A DNA stretch of 64,000 bases from Synechococcales cyanobacterium VAR_4_metabat_354 (lineage in GTDB: Bacteria; Cyanobacteriota; Cyanobacteriia; Cyanobacteriales; Chamaesiphonaceae): positions 244,691-308,690 of the forward strand of contig JANOQI010000062.1 of the NCBI GenBank assembly GCA_031414775.1. Reading direction: 5' to 3'. This document shows, piece after piece, positions 43,306 through 54,255 of this stretch. Within the stretch, counting starts at the first letter, position 1. Each line of letters begins with the position of its first letter. Position numbers and translations under genes: made by a program. Under the pieces are notes generated by a model that searched no databases, was not told the origin of the DNA, and was given only the letters and a program-made list of their open reading frames with translations.

Positions 43306-44196
43306 TTAAAACCACAATTTATTAATGTCTTGAACCTCTAAGGGCAGATGGTAATGGGATTCATCACACTTTAGAGCAATATTAACTAATGTTTCCCTAA
43401 AGTTAATCGATCTTATCTCGGATATAACCTTATTATCCTTGATGTTGACGTATCCGTCATTACTGAAGATCTTAAGATTTCCTTGGTTCTTGGCGATGAA
43501 ATCTTGTAGAAAATCAAGTCCCATCCCTCTACTAACTCCAGTCGCCGCAGTAGTATTTCCGGGTTTTAATGCCCATTCCAGGGACTGAGCGGAATCTAAT
43601 GAAGCATTTTGTGGCATGGATATTACATTGCTGGGAATTCCTCGTCCAAAGTCAACGATAGCAAGGTGTAGTTCTTTTTTATTGGGGTAGTACTGACCAC
43701 AACTAAATACTCCGATCAGAGACTGACTATGTTCAAAGGCATTAGCATAAATTTCCTAAACCTTTCCTGCAATCGCATCGCGTAAACATGAGCTGATATT
43801 AATCCAGCCTTTTCCTAACCACCGATTGAGGAGATAATCCATAATTGCATCTTCATCTTGATTGTTATCTTGACGATAAGGAACAGAATTTCCATCCCAA
43901 GGATTTGAATTTTCTTTAAAGCTATCCAAGAAACCATTTTGGGCAAGATTCGTATGAATCCTATCAGTCAAGGTACTCCACTCAAAGGTTAGTTGGCCTC
44001 CCTGCTGTTGGATATAGTACGAAAGTCCTCCTAAAAATGCAACGCCTAGATGGCTGAGAAAGTTGCAGTCCTGAAAGTCAATTACTAAATGTTGGTGTTT
44101 TTCAAGATGTTGATTGGCTTTCTGCCATATATCCAACAAAGCACGGCAGTCATCGGAAGCATGATAAATCTTGGGAATCTTTAGTGTGACTGTCAC
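43306..44196 (-). pseudogene. STAS-like + HATPase protein interrupted by an in-frame TAG
   Basis: ORFs 43756-44286 and 43306-43617 are in frame; read-through gives GKV*EIYANAFEHS...VDFGRGIP...RGMGL; probable start GTG 44196. Confidence 0.8.
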
Positions 44197-44505
44197 TTGG
44201 CTGGTTTGATGCTCTCTATGCCGTTTGTTACAATTCGGCGCATTTCCAGGCAGTACTGGATTCTTCGCAGTGGATGATAAGGCCAAACTATTCTAATCGA
44301 TCAAGATTCTCAGTAATAGCATCTGGGTTTTTCTGAGTATTATGCCCAGTAAGTTGTTTGGCTGACCTTGCCTTAATAAGAAGGTCAGAATTATTATTCT
44401 AAAGGTATTATAAAATTGAAGGTGCTTTTTTAGATATTTGTGATCGATCGACAACTTTGGGGGAAAGCTATAATTAAAGTACAGCTTGACCCCTCAACTC
44501 CTCAG

Positions 44506-44757
44506 ATGAATCACTCAGACTTTCTATACCACCGTCAGCACTATTCCGGCAAATTTCAGCCAGAAAATCTGGTATTTAATGCTAACTTGCAAGAATTTGC
44601 CATCAAAGTTAGTTATATAACAGGTCTGGAAACAGCTGGTAAAATGACACCAGAAGACTCCTATCACCAAATCAAAAAACTATGGAAGGAATTAAAAAGT
44701 AGTAAAAAGCAATTAGGAATTGGTGAAAATCCCTCGACGCTTGGTGAATTTGGGTAA
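44506..44757 (+). CDS. Conserved small cyanobacterial hypothetical protein
   Basis: FLY...Y.GKF.PENLVFNANLQEFA.KV.YI..LET.GK pattern. Confidence 0.75.
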   Translation: MNHSDFLYHRQHYSGKFQPENLVFNANLQEFAIKVSYITGLETAGKMTPEDSYHQIKKLWKELKSSKKQLGIGENPSTLGEFG

Positions 44758-44760
44758 TAC

Positions 44761-45195
44761 TTAACTAACCGTCGGCAACTTTTGGACATATTCATCAGGG
44801 TTTGTAGTTCTTATCAGCACATACACCGCATCTGCCGCCGCCGTCCAACCAGCTACGGCATCTTGGAGGGTTTCGATCAAAGTAGGGCTAGTGCATTTTT
44901 CCCAGTGATCGAACAACAGCACACAGTGCGTAGCATCTTCATCTAGCCAGACTACATCGCCCAAGCAATCGCGGAGAGCGTCCCAATTGCTGCCAAAATA
45001 ATCCGGGAAATTTAGTACTGCGGCAAACTCTTGCATCAGTTGATTTTTATCCGCCATTTCCGCACCGTCCAAATAGAACAATTCCCCGTTTTGTTCTTGG
45101 AGGCTGGCGGCTAATTCTTCTGGCGCAACATCGCTATCGAGACGATAAATTTGAGAAATAGTTTGTCCGGAAATAATCAAATCAATTGTGGCCAT
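44761..45195 (-). CDS. Barstar family protein
   Basis: FPDYFGSNWDALRDCL. Confidence 0.85.
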   Translation of the reverse strand: MATIDLIISGQTISQIYRLDSDVAPEELAASLQEQNGELFYLDGAEMADKNQLMQEFAAVLNFPDYFGSNWDALRDCLGDVVWLDEDATHCVLLFDHWEKCTSPTLIETLQDAVAGWTAAADAVYVLIRTTNPDEYVQKLPTVS

Positions 45196-45374
45196 TATTC
45201 TTGCACCTGTTGAAAAGAGCGGTAGTGATCGGGGGTGTAGTACTTAATATTTTGACCGGCAATGATTCGGCGAGCACCGCGATCTCTAGCTCCGGGAGTG
45301 GGGACGGTGTATTAAAATTCATCATGCCTTTTGACTATGCTAAAAATCCCCCTGAGTAGGGGGATAAGGTTAGT

Positions 45375-46541
45375 TTAGGTGGTTTTCATAGATTTGATTA
45401 GCTCGGCAGCTACTTCTGGTCGCGAAAACTCTGGTGGTGGGAGTTCGCCCTGACGCAACAAATCTCGTACCTTCGTACCGGAGAGATGCACTCGTTGCTC
45501 AGGAGTACTAGGGCTAGTCTTGGTGGTAGCCATCGACTTGGTAACTTTGCAATAAAAAGCATGTTCAAACTTCATCGGCACAATGCCCAATTCGTCTGGC
45601 TCAAACTCATCAAAGATGTATTGAGCATCGTAGGTACCATAGTAGTCACCGACTCCAGCGTGGTCGCGACCGACAATAAAGTGGGTACAACCATAGTTCT
45701 TCCGAATCAAGGCATGAAAAATGGCTTCGCGGGGACCAGCGTAACGCATGGCGGCGGGGTTAATGCCTAAAATCACTCGATCGGCTGGATAGTAATTTTC
45801 TAAGATAATTTCATAGCAGCGCATCCGCACATCTGCCGGAATGTCATCTTCCTTAGTGGCTCCGACGAGGGGATGCAAAAACAGACCATCGACTGTTTCC
45901 ATGGCACATTTTTGAATGTACTCATGAGCACGATGAATGGGGTTACGGGTTTGGAAACCGACGATGGTGTGCCAGCCTTTGTCTTGAAACATTTGACGGG
46001 AGACGATCGGATCGAGCTGATAGGTCGGAAACAATGGATGGGGTTCTCGATCGAGCAACCATACCGCGCCTGCTAAATTCACTTCGCCTTGGTCATAGAC
46101 TACTTTTACCCCAGGATGCTTGGCATCTGCGGTGAGATAGACTTTGGCGGCTTCATGCTGCTTGTCGTAGGTATACTTTTCGGTTAGTTCAAGTACGCCC
46201 ACAAACCGACCAGTGGGGTCATCAAGCCGCACTAAGTTACCAGCGGTGAGCGGTTCTGCCACGGCGGTGGTGACGGAGAGGGTAATGGGAATCGACCAAG
46301 GTAAGCCGTTGGCTAGGCGCATGGTGTCTACGACTGGAGCGTAGTCGGCTTTGGTCATAAAACCAGTGAGGGGACTGAAGGCTCCGATTGCAATCATTAC
46401 TAGGTCGGAGTAGGCGCGTTCATCGAGAGCGACACAGGGTAGGGAATCGGCTTTACTCAAAAATTCGGTTTTTTGGGCAGTGCTGGCAATGCGGTTGATG
46501 AGGGTGCCGCCGTGGGGGGCAATGCTGGGATGTTGGCTCAA
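45375..46541 (-). CDS. sat: Sulfate adenylyltransferase
   Basis: [30 protein letters not shown] start. Confidence 0.96.
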   Translation of the reverse strand: MSQHPSIAPHGGTLINRIASTAQKTEFLSKADSLPCVALDERAYSDLVMIAIGAFSPLTGFMTKADYAPVVDTMRLANGLPWSIPITLSVTTAVAEPLTAGNLVRLDDPTGRFVGVLELTEKYTYDKQHEAAKVYLTADAKHPGVKVVYDQGEVNLAGAVWLLDREPHPLFPTYQLDPIVSRQMFQDKGWHTIVGFQTRNPIHRAHEYIQKCAMETVDGLFLHPLVGATKEDDIPADVRMRCYEIILENYYPADRVILGINPAAMRYAGPREAIFHALIRKNYGCTHFIVGRDHAGVGDYYGTYDAQYIFDEFEPDELGIVPMKFEHAFYCKVTKSMATTKTSPSTPEQRVHLSGTKVRDLLRQGELPPPEFSRPEVAAELIKSMKTT

Positions 46542-46592
46542 AATTATTGGTTCCTCTATAAATTTTATGCTTAATGAAAATTTTGACCGATT

Positions 46593-47294
46593 TTACATTT
46601 CTTTAATCACTACTTTGCCATCTTGAACTTCGCCGACTAAAACTAGATCGGTCACGCCTACAAATAAACCGTTTTCTAGTACACCAGGAATGTTGTTCAA
46701 GGTTTTTTCTAACTCGGCGGGGTTATCGATCGATTGAAACTTCACATCAATTACTAAGTTACCTTGGTCAGTCACAACTGGGCCAGCTTTGCGTACGCCC
46801 ATCCGCAGTTGGGGTTCACCGCCAAGCTTGGTGATTGCTCGCATCACTGGTGTCACCGCCATCGGCAAGACTTCGACCGGTAACAAGAAGGTCGAACCCA
46901 GTTTGTCTACTAATTTACTGCTGTCTACTACTACGATGAATTGTTCGGCTAGGGCATCGACAACTTTTTCTTGGGTGTGGGCAGCACCGCCGCCTTTAAT
47001 TAAATTTTTGTGAGGATCAACTTCGTCGGCACCATCGATCGCAATATCGATCCGATCAACTTCATCCAAGGTAGTCAGCGGAATTCCAAACTGTTTTGCT
47101 AACACCCGCGCCTGAAAAGAAGTAGGAATCCCCACCACGTTAGTTAATTCGCCAGATTTTAAACGTGCCCCAATGTATTCGATCGCAAAAGCAGTAGTCG
47201 AGCCGGTGCCTAAACCCACCACTGAATTAGATTTAACCCGAGCAGCAGCGGCTTTACCTACTTCTTGTTTCATTAAGTCTTGAGGGGAGGTCAT
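46593..47294 (-). CDS. rpiA: Ribose-5-phosphate isomerase A
   Basis: GLGTGST, DGADEVD, IKGGG. Confidence 0.96.
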   Translation of the reverse strand: MTSPQDLMKQEVGKAAAARVKSNSVVGLGTGSTTAFAIEYIGARLKSGELTNVVGIPTSFQARVLAKQFGIPLTTLDEVDRIDIAIDGADEVDPHKNLIKGGGAAHTQEKVVDALAEQFIVVVDSSKLVDKLGSTFLLPVEVLPMAVTPVMRAITKLGGEPQLRMGVRKAGPVVTDQGNLVIDVKFQSIDNPAELEKTLNNIPGVLENGLFVGVTDLVLVGEVQDGKVVIKEM

Positions 47295-47428
47295 CTTAAA
47301 AATTTTCTTTACTAATACTCAGCTCAGAATACAAGAAAGCTGGACATGACGGCTAGCTGCTGGCAGATTGACTACTCCCATCGACCAAAGGTATGATGAT
47401 TCATCATACCTTTATTATGCAATCCATT

Positions 47429-47671
47429 ATGTCTACCAGTAAAGTCGCCATCACTATTGATACTGATCTGCTTTTAGAAGTTGATCGACTGGTTGCTCAA
47501 CAGGTTTTCCCCAATCGCAGTAAAGCGATTCAAGAAGCCGTAATTGATACGTTAGCCAGGTTGCGCCAAACTCGATTGGCTCGTGAATGTGCCAAGCTCG
47601 ATCGACAGTCTGAACAACACTTAGCAGAGGAAGGAATTGAACAGGAGCTAGCTACATGGCCGACATATTAA
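47429..47671 (+). CDS. Ribbon-helix-helix antitoxin
   Basis: KVAITID..LL.EVD.LV....FPNRS.AIQEA; overlaps the toxin gene. Confidence 0.85.
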   Translation: MSTSKVAITIDTDLLLEVDRLVAQQVFPNRSKAIQEAVIDTLARLRQTRLARECAKLDRQSEQHLAEEGIEQELATWPTY

Positions 47672-47991
47672 GAGGAGATATCTGGTGGGCTGATTTAAAC
47701 CCCACCCGAGGACGCGAGCAATCGGGGGTGCGGCCAGTATTGATTATCAGTCAAGATGTTTTCAATCAGCGCTCGGGGACAGTAATTGCTTTAGCTCTGA
47801 CTAGTCAATCGCCCCCAGCCTCATTTCCTTTAACTTTACTAATTGAGTCAGCGTCTTTACCAAAGCAGTCTTGGGTAAAAATCAGTCAGATCCGGACATT
47901 ATCAGTCGATCGACTGAGTACCAAAATCAGCCAAGTTGCTCCAGAAGAGTTAGCTATAGTGATTAATGGGCTGAACGAAATTGTCGGGTGA
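47656..47991 (+). CDS. PemK/MazF family toxin
   Basis: [31 protein letters not shown]. Confidence 0.92.
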   Translation: MADILRGDIWWADLNPTRGREQSGVRPVLIISQDVFNQRSGTVIALALTSQSPPASFPLTLLIESASLPKQSWVKISQIRTLSVDRLSTKISQVAPEELAIVINGLNEIVG

Positions 47992-48102
47992 GTTATGACC
48001 ACAAAAAGCCGCTGGCGTACTTTACACCAGCGACAAGATAACCTGGAAAAACACAGTCACCAAAATATTTGATTTTTTGAGCTGTGGGCAACTAATTCAA
48101 AG

Positions 48103-48603
48103 TTAGGGTTTAACTTCCGCAAGCTGCTCTTTGAGAGCTTCCAATTGAGCTGCCCAACGTGGATCCGGCTGGAAACCAGTATTGTCGCCACCAGTGAAAA
48201 CTTGGGGAGCACCGCCACCACCAGATTTGCCCCCACGATTACCGCTGCCACTTTTCTTACCGCCGCGTTTCTGGCCATCACCGGAACGATCTGGTCGATC
48301 GCCAACCCGCTCAGGGCGGCTAGTAGTAGCTTTGGGTGCTTCATCTTCTTCGGCTTTCGGTAAAGCTTTTTCTAGCTTAATCTCCATTTCTTGGAACATC
48401 ACGCCATTGTACTTAGCAATGATTTCATCGGCTTGCTCATCAGTTTCGACAGTCAGGAAACCAAAACCACGGCATTTACCGGTTTTGCGGTCTTTGATAA
48501 CCTTAGCGACAACAGTTTCGCCGGCTTCTGCAAATACATCTTGCAGATCTTGGCGTTCGACATCAGACTTAGGTAAATTACCAATATAAAGACGAATGGA
48601 CAT
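48103..48603 (-). CDS. RRM RNA-binding protein
   Basis: RNP2 LYIGNL, RNP1 RGFGFL; C-terminal QPDPRWA. Confidence 0.9.
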   Translation of the reverse strand: MSIRLYIGNLPKSDVERQDLQDVFAEAGETVVAKVIKDRKTGKCRGFGFLTVETDEQADEIIAKYNGVMFQEMEIKLEKALPKAEEDEAPKATTSRPERVGDRPDRSGDGQKRGGKKSGSGNRGGKSGGGGAPQVFTGGDNTGFQPDPRWAAQLEALKEQLAEVKP

Positions 48604-48877
48604 AGAGTTTTCTCCAGGTTAATGGTGAGAGTAGGCTAGCTGACAATATTAAGCAGTGAATCTTAAAAAAGGTCGATGGTTGAATACTAACTTTATAAAA
48701 ATGTTAGGAATTATTTTAAATTCTTCAGCTCCGGCGAAGATTCTGAATTCGCCAAAAGCGCATTCATCACTAAAGAGTTTATTTTAAGGTCTTTTCGGGA
48801 ACTTTGTCAGTACTTGGCTGGGATTTCAGCAAAGTTGCCTTTAGGAAAACCAAAATGCTGATGCCACGCCACCCAGC

Positions 48878-49336
48878 TTAGAACGGGATTTCTTCGTCAT
48901 TATCGTAGGTATCTACTGAGGGGACAGCCTTGGCTGAACTGCTGCTGGGCGGTGGAGTAGTCTCGATCGATCTTGCCGCCGCCGGAGGACTAGACAAGGC
49001 CGCTGGTGCTGACATGTTAGCAGCCATATCAGCTGCACCCAAGGGGTGAATGCGGGAGGCGATTAGCTGAGCACGTTTTTCTTTATAGCCTTCGGGCTTA
49101 TCGATCGTATTCATTTCTAGTCGTCCTTCAATAACGACTTTATCGCCTTGCCGATATTTTTCTTTGATTTCGCGGGCGAGGTTATTCCAACCGACTACTT
49201 TAATCAGTGCGGGTGGGTTTTCGGGTTTGGCATTGATGAACTGCACAAACATTTCAGCAATTTCCATCTGATTATCAGCAGTAGAACGCAACTCAGGGTT
49301 CTGCGTAATTTCGGCCATCAGGATACAACTATTCAT
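48878..49336 (-). CDS. Single-stranded DNA-binding family protein
   Basis: PELR, GDKVVIEGRL, acidic tail DEEIPF. Confidence 0.85.
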   Translation of the reverse strand: MNSCILMAEITQNPELRSTADNQMEIAEMFVQFINAKPENPPALIKVVGWNNLAREIKEKYRQGDKVVIEGRLEMNTIDKPEGYKEKRAQLIASRIHPLGAADMAANMSAPAALSSPPAAARSIETTPPPSSSSAKAVPSVDTYDNDEEIPF

Positions 49337-49441
49337 GGGTTCTTAAGATACAAAACATTAGTACTATTGTAGCCGAATCAATGGCTGGATATCATTAGGG
49401 TCAAAGAAATATCGCCACAGTAGTTCACTACTGATCCTAAC

Positions 49442-50215
49442 CTAGATTGTGGCGGCGAGCTTGTGAGCAGTGCGCAAGATTTGGCCAGCTAGCATAGCCG
49501 CCCCAAAGCCATTATCAATGTTCACTACGCCCACTCCCGTAGCGCAGGAATTGATCATGGTGAGTAAAGGGGCTAAGCCTTGGAAATGAGCACCATAACC
49601 AACACTGGTGGGCACGGCAATCACCGGACAATCGGCTAATCCTGCCACCACACTGGGTAAGGCTCCTTCCATCCCGGCAACCACAATTAATACGTTAGCT
49701 CTATCGATCACCTGGCGATTGCTTAATAAGCGTTGAATACCGGCTACGCCGACATCCCAGAGTCTTTCGACCTGGAAGCCGCAGAGGGTGGCGGTACAGG
49801 CGGCTTCTTCGGCTACTGGAATATCGGCCGTACCGGCGGTAAGAATGGAAATTCGCCCGGGATATTTGATGGGAATTGGCATGGTGTGCAGGGCGCTAAT
49901 TCGGGCTGGGGAGTAATAGATCAAATCGGGGATAGCTAGCTGCAACTCGGCTTGCACTGCTGGCTCGATGCGGGTGGCGATCACGATGGGATGATCGAGG
50001 CGCATCCGCTCCATGATTTTGGTGATTTGCTCGACGGTTTTACCCTGGCCAAAAATCACTTCAGGGAAGCCGGTACGGGTTTGGCGCTGCCGATCAATCT
50101 TGGCAAAGTCTTCGATCGGATCGTAGGCCAATAATTGTTCTAGGGCTTGCTCTGGATGGAGCTGGCCACTAGCAACAGCTTGGAGCAGTGGCTGCAAAAA
50201 TTCAGTCTGTGTCAT
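49442..50215 (-). CDS. larB: LarB/CpmA family (AIR carboxylase-like) protein
   Basis: RTGFPEVIFGQGKT, AGTADIPVAEEA, AGMEGALPSVV, VVNIDNGFGA. Confidence 0.88.
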   Translation of the reverse strand: MTQTEFLQPLLQAVASGQLHPEQALEQLLAYDPIEDFAKIDRQRQTRTGFPEVIFGQGKTVEQITKIMERMRLDHPIVIATRIEPAVQAELQLAIPDLIYYSPARISALHTMPIPIKYPGRISILTAGTADIPVAEEAACTATLCGFQVERLWDVGVAGIQRLLSNRQVIDRANVLIVVAGMEGALPSVVAGLADCPVIAVPTSVGYGAHFQGLAPLLTMINSCATGVGVVNIDNGFGAAMLAGQILRTAHKLAATI

Positions 50216-51975
50216 GGCTTATCTTGAATTTTCAGCTCTGGTAAATTCCATAACACTCCAGCGGAGTGGGTGGCCGAAGGCACCACGCCTTTGATCCGAT
50301 TGCGGACTGCCGATAGATACAGCGGATTCACCAGAAAAATACAAGGTACATGGGCTTGAGTAACTGTTTGCACCTGAGAATATAACTCTTTGCGCTTGGT
50401 TTCATCCAATTCCCGGGCGGCATCGATATACAGTCGATCGAGTTCTTTTTCCCAGTCCGAGACTTCCTGGCCGGTCAGGGGTTCTTGCTGGGGGCTAGGC
50501 TTTTGATTAAACATGTGTGACCGACCACTGCTCAACCACAGATTGGCTCCACCGTTTGGTTCTACCCCGCCAGTAAAACCAATAATCAGTGCGTCCCAAT
50601 CCAACGTATTGTCAATTTTATCGACTAGGATGCTGAAATCGAGGGGCGATAAATTTACATCCATTCCTAACTTGGCTAGGTCTTGCTGGATTTGAGCACC
50701 GATGGCGGTAATGGTAGCACTGCCAGCGGGTACTAGGAGGGTAAACCGCACGCGGTTGTTTTGACTGTCGAAGAGCTGATTATTTTTTTTATATTTAAAT
50801 CCAGCTTCTTGCAAGAGCTGTTTGGCTTTGGCTAGATCGTAGTCATAGATTTCGGACTTTTGGGGGAGGCGATAGTAGGGAGTACCTACCGAAATCGCTG
50901 AATTTTGCGGTGCCCCCAGTCCCCGATAAATATTGTTGATCATGCGCTGTCGATCGAGCGCGTAGGCAGTGGCTTGTCTAAATTTGACATTATTGAACCA
51001 GGCCGATTTGTAGGGATCTACGAGTGGGTCGCCCTTACGGCTGCCTTTATTTAAGTTAAAAGCCATAAAGGATGTACCAGAATCTGCGCCCACATTGCGA
51101 ATCGTGAAATCACCTTTTTTTTCTTCTTTCTTTAGCAATGAGAAAAAGGCTGGCGAAACACCATAAGAATCAGTGTTCTTCGTCCGAAACTGCATTAAAG
51201 CGGCATCGGTACCTTCCACAATTTGCCACACTAATCTTTCAATGTAGGGTAACTGCTGACCCTGAGCATCTTTGCGCCAATAATAAGGGTTTCTTTTAAA
51301 CACCAGCCGCTCACCGGGTAAATAGCTGGCAATCTGATACATGCCATTGCTCACAATCTCTTTGGGCGGCGTATCGGTACCCCAGGTGCTCAGGAACTTC
51401 GATTTACCACTCTGATCCTTAGTTTGCACCGCGCTGCGTAGTTTGTGTGCTGGTAGAATAGCTGTCCCGCCAAAGGTGCGTACCGCTGGGGCAAATGGCT
51501 CTGGAGTCGTAAATTCCACTGTTCGATCGCCAGTCTTTTTCAGGGTAGGCAGCTTTTGCTCTAGCCCAATCCGTAAACCATCCCGAGCATCAGTCGGAAT
51601 ATCTTCGTTCAGATAGACTTCGTTAAAAGAAAACAATACGTCGTCTACGGTCAGCGGTTTACCATCAGACCACTTCAGATTGGGTCGCAAAGTAAAACTA
51701 ACGTCGTTACCACTTATTTTCCAAGATTCTGCTAAAGCTGGTTCTAGCTCACCTTGACCATTTTCACCGACCAGACCCTCGCTGGTATAAATATCAACGC
51801 TGGGGCGGGAATTGACCAGCGCCGGATTGAAAGTCTTCGGGGCACTGGTGACACTAACGGCAATCTGGTTACGAATTTGAGCAGGCGGAGTCAAGCTACA
51901 GCTGCCCAGCATGATGATGACTGCTACCACCAGAACTAGTAATTTCTGAAACACACCCGTTGTCGATCTATTCAT
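50212..51975 (-). CDS. ABC transporter substrate-binding lipoprotein (family 5)
   Basis: Lipobox LGSC, PKTFN, LAESW, KWSDG.PLT.DDV.F. Confidence 0.88.
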   Translation of the reverse strand: MNRSTTGVFQKLLVLVVAVIIMLGSCSLTPPAQIRNQIAVSVTSAPKTFNPALVNSRPSVDIYTSEGLVGENGQGELEPALAESWKISGNDVSFTLRPNLKWSDGKPLTVDDVLFSFNEVYLNEDIPTDARDGLRIGLEQKLPTLKKTGDRTVEFTTPEPFAPAVRTFGGTAILPAHKLRSAVQTKDQSGKSKFLSTWGTDTPPKEIVSNGMYQIASYLPGERLVFKRNPYYWRKDAQGQQLPYIERLVWQIVEGTDAALMQFRTKNTDSYGVSPAFFSLLKKEEKKGDFTIRNVGADSGTSFMAFNLNKGSRKGDPLVDPYKSAWFNNVKFRQATAYALDRQRMINNIYRGLGAPQNSAISVGTPYYRLPQKSEIYDYDLAKAKQLLQEAGFKYKKNNQLFDSQNNRVRFTLLVPAGSATITAIGAQIQQDLAKLGMDVNLSPLDFSILVDKIDNTLDWDALIIGFTGGVEPNGGANLWLSSGRSHMFNQKPSPQQEPLTGQEVSDWEKELDRLYIDAARELDETKRKELYSQVQTVTQAHVPCIFLVNPLYLSAVRNRIKGVVPSATHSAGVLWNLPELKIQDKP

Positions 51976-51982
51976 GATTCCC

Positions 51983-52468
51983 TCACTTCCCATCAGTCTG
52001 TAGCAATACTACCGCATAAGCACAAATCCCTTCTTCTCGCCCCACTGGTCCCAGTTGTTCGTTGGTAGTGGCCTTTACGCCCACCTGATCCGGTGCTAAA
52101 TTCAAAACCGCCGCTAACTTGTCGCGCATCGCCATAATATGAGGCTTCAGCTTCGGCCTTTCCGCCACAATCACCGTATCAATATTGGTAATTTGCCACT
52201 GTCGATCGAGAATTAACTGATGCACTTGTGCCAATAACTGTAAACTATCGGCTCCCGCCCACTGCGGGTCGGTCGGCGGAAAATAATGGCCAATATCACC
52301 CAGGCTTAAAGCGCCCAGCAGAGCATCCATAATGGCATGGGTCAGTACATCGGCATCGCTGTGCCCCAGCAAACCCAGTTCGTGTTCAATTTTTACGCCC
52401 CCCAAGATCAGCGACCTGTCTGGTACTAAGCGATGGATATCGTAACCATTACCAATTCTGATTTGCAT
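51983..52468 (-). CDS. ispF: 2-C-methyl-D-erythritol 2,4-cyclodiphosphate synthase
   Basis: [21 protein letters not shown]. Confidence 0.96.
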   Translation of the reverse strand: MQIRIGNGYDIHRLVPDRSLILGGVKIEHELGLLGHSDADVLTHAIMDALLGALSLGDIGHYFPPTDPQWAGADSLQLLAQVHQLILDRQWQITNIDTVIVAERPKLKPHIMAMRDKLAAVLNLAPDQVGVKATTNEQLGPVGREEGICAYAVVLLQTDGK

Positions 52469-52473
52469 GTTTC

Positions 52474-53523
52474 TTAAGCTGATGGCGGGTCTAACAGACG
52501 ATTGATGGTGCGCAGCTGGTCAGCAGTCCCCATACAGATTAGCGTATCACCACCCATAATAATTGCTTCCCCGGTCGGTCCCACAATTAGCTCATTATCC
52601 TGACGACGCACCCCCAGCACCAAGGCTCCCGATTGCGATCGCAGCTTAGCTTCTCGCAGTGACAAACCAGCCACTGGGCAAGTCCGGGCGTTCACCAAAA
52701 ACTCTTCCATATAAAAAGAGCCGCCGGAGCTGGTCATAATCCCATCCATGAAGTCTAAAACCTGAGGACGGAGCGCCGCCGCGGCCATCCGCCGCGCACC
52801 AGTAATATAGGGCGAAATTACCATGCTAGCGCCCGCTCTTTGCAGCTTCAGCACTGCTTCTTCGTTACTGGCGCGGGCAATTGCTCGCAAGCCCGGATTT
52901 AGAGTTTTGGCCGACAGGATAATGTACAAATTTTCGGCATCGGAGGGCAAAGCCGCCACTAAGCAAGTTGCCTTCGCAATCCCCATCTTAATGAGGGTTT
53001 CATCGAGAGTGGCATCGGCTTGAATGGCGGTATAGCCAGATTCTTGAGCCACTAATACCTGTTCAGCACTAGAATCGACGATAATAAAAGGGGCTTTTTC
53101 GACGGCAAATTCTTCGGCAATTTGTTGCCCAATCCGGCCAAAGCCACAAATTAAATAATGGTTAGTCAAAGATTCCATGAGGTTACGCTGGAGGCGACGT
53201 TTTCTACCTTCTACAAAGTATCCCCCAATCAAGGCTTCGGTAAAAGTATTCACAATATAGCCGATCGTCACCAACCCCATTAAAATTAGGGCGATGGTAA
53301 ACATCCGCCCCCGCTCCCCCAGGGGATGGGTTTCCCCGAATCCTACAGTTGCCAGGGTAATGACGGTCATGTACAAAGCATCTAGCCACGTCCAGCCCTC
53401 AATCAAATGATACCAAGAGGTACCCATAAAAAAGAGGAGGCTCAACGCCAAGGCGGCGCGTTGTAATTCAACTTTAATTTCTTGATATTTCTTTTCGGTT
53501 GCTGAATTCACGGTAGTTGGCAA
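52474..53523 (-). CDS. Potassium channel protein with RCK (TrkA-N/C) domains
   Basis: Selectivity filter TVGFG; CGFGRIG. Confidence 0.9.
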   Translation of the reverse strand: MPTTVNSATEKKYQEIKVELQRAALALSLLFFMGTSWYHLIEGWTWLDALYMTVITLATVGFGETHPLGERGRMFTIALILMGLVTIGYIVNTFTEALIGGYFVEGRKRRLQRNLMESLTNHYLICGFGRIGQQIAEEFAVEKAPFIIVDSSAEQVLVAQESGYTAIQADATLDETLIKMGIAKATCLVAALPSDAENLYIILSAKTLNPGLRAIARASNEEAVLKLQRAGASMVISPYITGARRMAAAALRPQVLDFMDGIMTSSGGSFYMEEFLVNARTCPVAGLSLREAKLRSQSGALVLGVRRQDNELIVGPTGEAIIMGGDTLICMGTADQLRTINRLLDPPSA

Positions 53524-53601
53524 GAACGGCTAAGTTGAATTGTGCAGCCCCAAAAAGTCGTAATATTTTTGTCCCAGTAACAGCTGCTAACGTAGCATAC
53601 T

Positions 53602-54240
53602 ATGCTGAAATCTCAACTAACTATCACCAACTACTACGAACTAATCATCCGCCAGCAACCGCTCGCTGGTGTGGATGAAGTCGGACGAGGGGCTTTGTAT
53701 GGACCAGTCGTGGCCGCTGCCGTGATCCTCAATCCAGAATTTTATAGTTTGTTGATTGAAGCTGGCGTGCGCGATAGCAAAAAGCTGTCGGCCACAGAGC
53801 GAGAAGAATTGGTGCCCAAAATTCAGGCGGCTGCTCATAGTTACCACATCGCTTTAGCCACCGCTGCCGAGATCGATCGAATGGGTATTAGTAAAGCCAA
53901 CTTTTTGGCGATGGCCAGAGCCATTGAAGGCTTAGTAGTTACACCGGAAGTCTGTCTGGTCGATGGCAAATACTCAGTACCAGGTATTACTATCCCCCAA
54001 AAATGTCTAATTAAAGGCGATGATCGATCGGTTTCCATTGCCGCTGCCAGTATTGTAGCTAAAGTACACCGGGATCAAATGATGCGGGAACTATCGATCG
54101 ATCATCCAGAATATGATTTCGTCAATAACAAAGGTTATGGCACTCCCAAACATCGATCAGCCTTGGAAAAACACGGCGCAACAACAGAACATCGCCAGTC
54201 TTTTCTTGAGGGCATCGCACTCCCCCAGAGAAGGAAGTGA
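53602..54240 (+). CDS. rnhB: Ribonuclease HII
   Basis: GVDEVGRG, DSKKL, IAAASIVAKV.RD, NKGYGT. Confidence 0.95.
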   Translation: MLKSQLTITNYYELIIRQQPLAGVDEVGRGALYGPVVAAAVILNPEFYSLLIEAGVRDSKKLSATEREELVPKIQAAAHSYHIALATAAEIDRMGISKANFLAMARAIEGLVVTPEVCLVDGKYSVPGITIPQKCLIKGDDRSVSIAAASIVAKVHRDQMMRELSIDHPEYDFVNNKGYGTPKHRSALEKHGATTEHRQSFLEGIALPQRRK

Positions 54241-54255
54241 AATTAGCGCTACTCC

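Noticed and set aside
48057..48589. Overlapping alternative-frame ORFs here and within other long genes
   Set aside because: Shadow ORFs of well-supported genes with no recognisable motifs
49442..51975. Nickel-pincer cofactor operon (larB plus a nickel-binding protein)
   Set aside because: No larA/C/E in the window, and substrate specificity of the binding protein cannot be read from sequence
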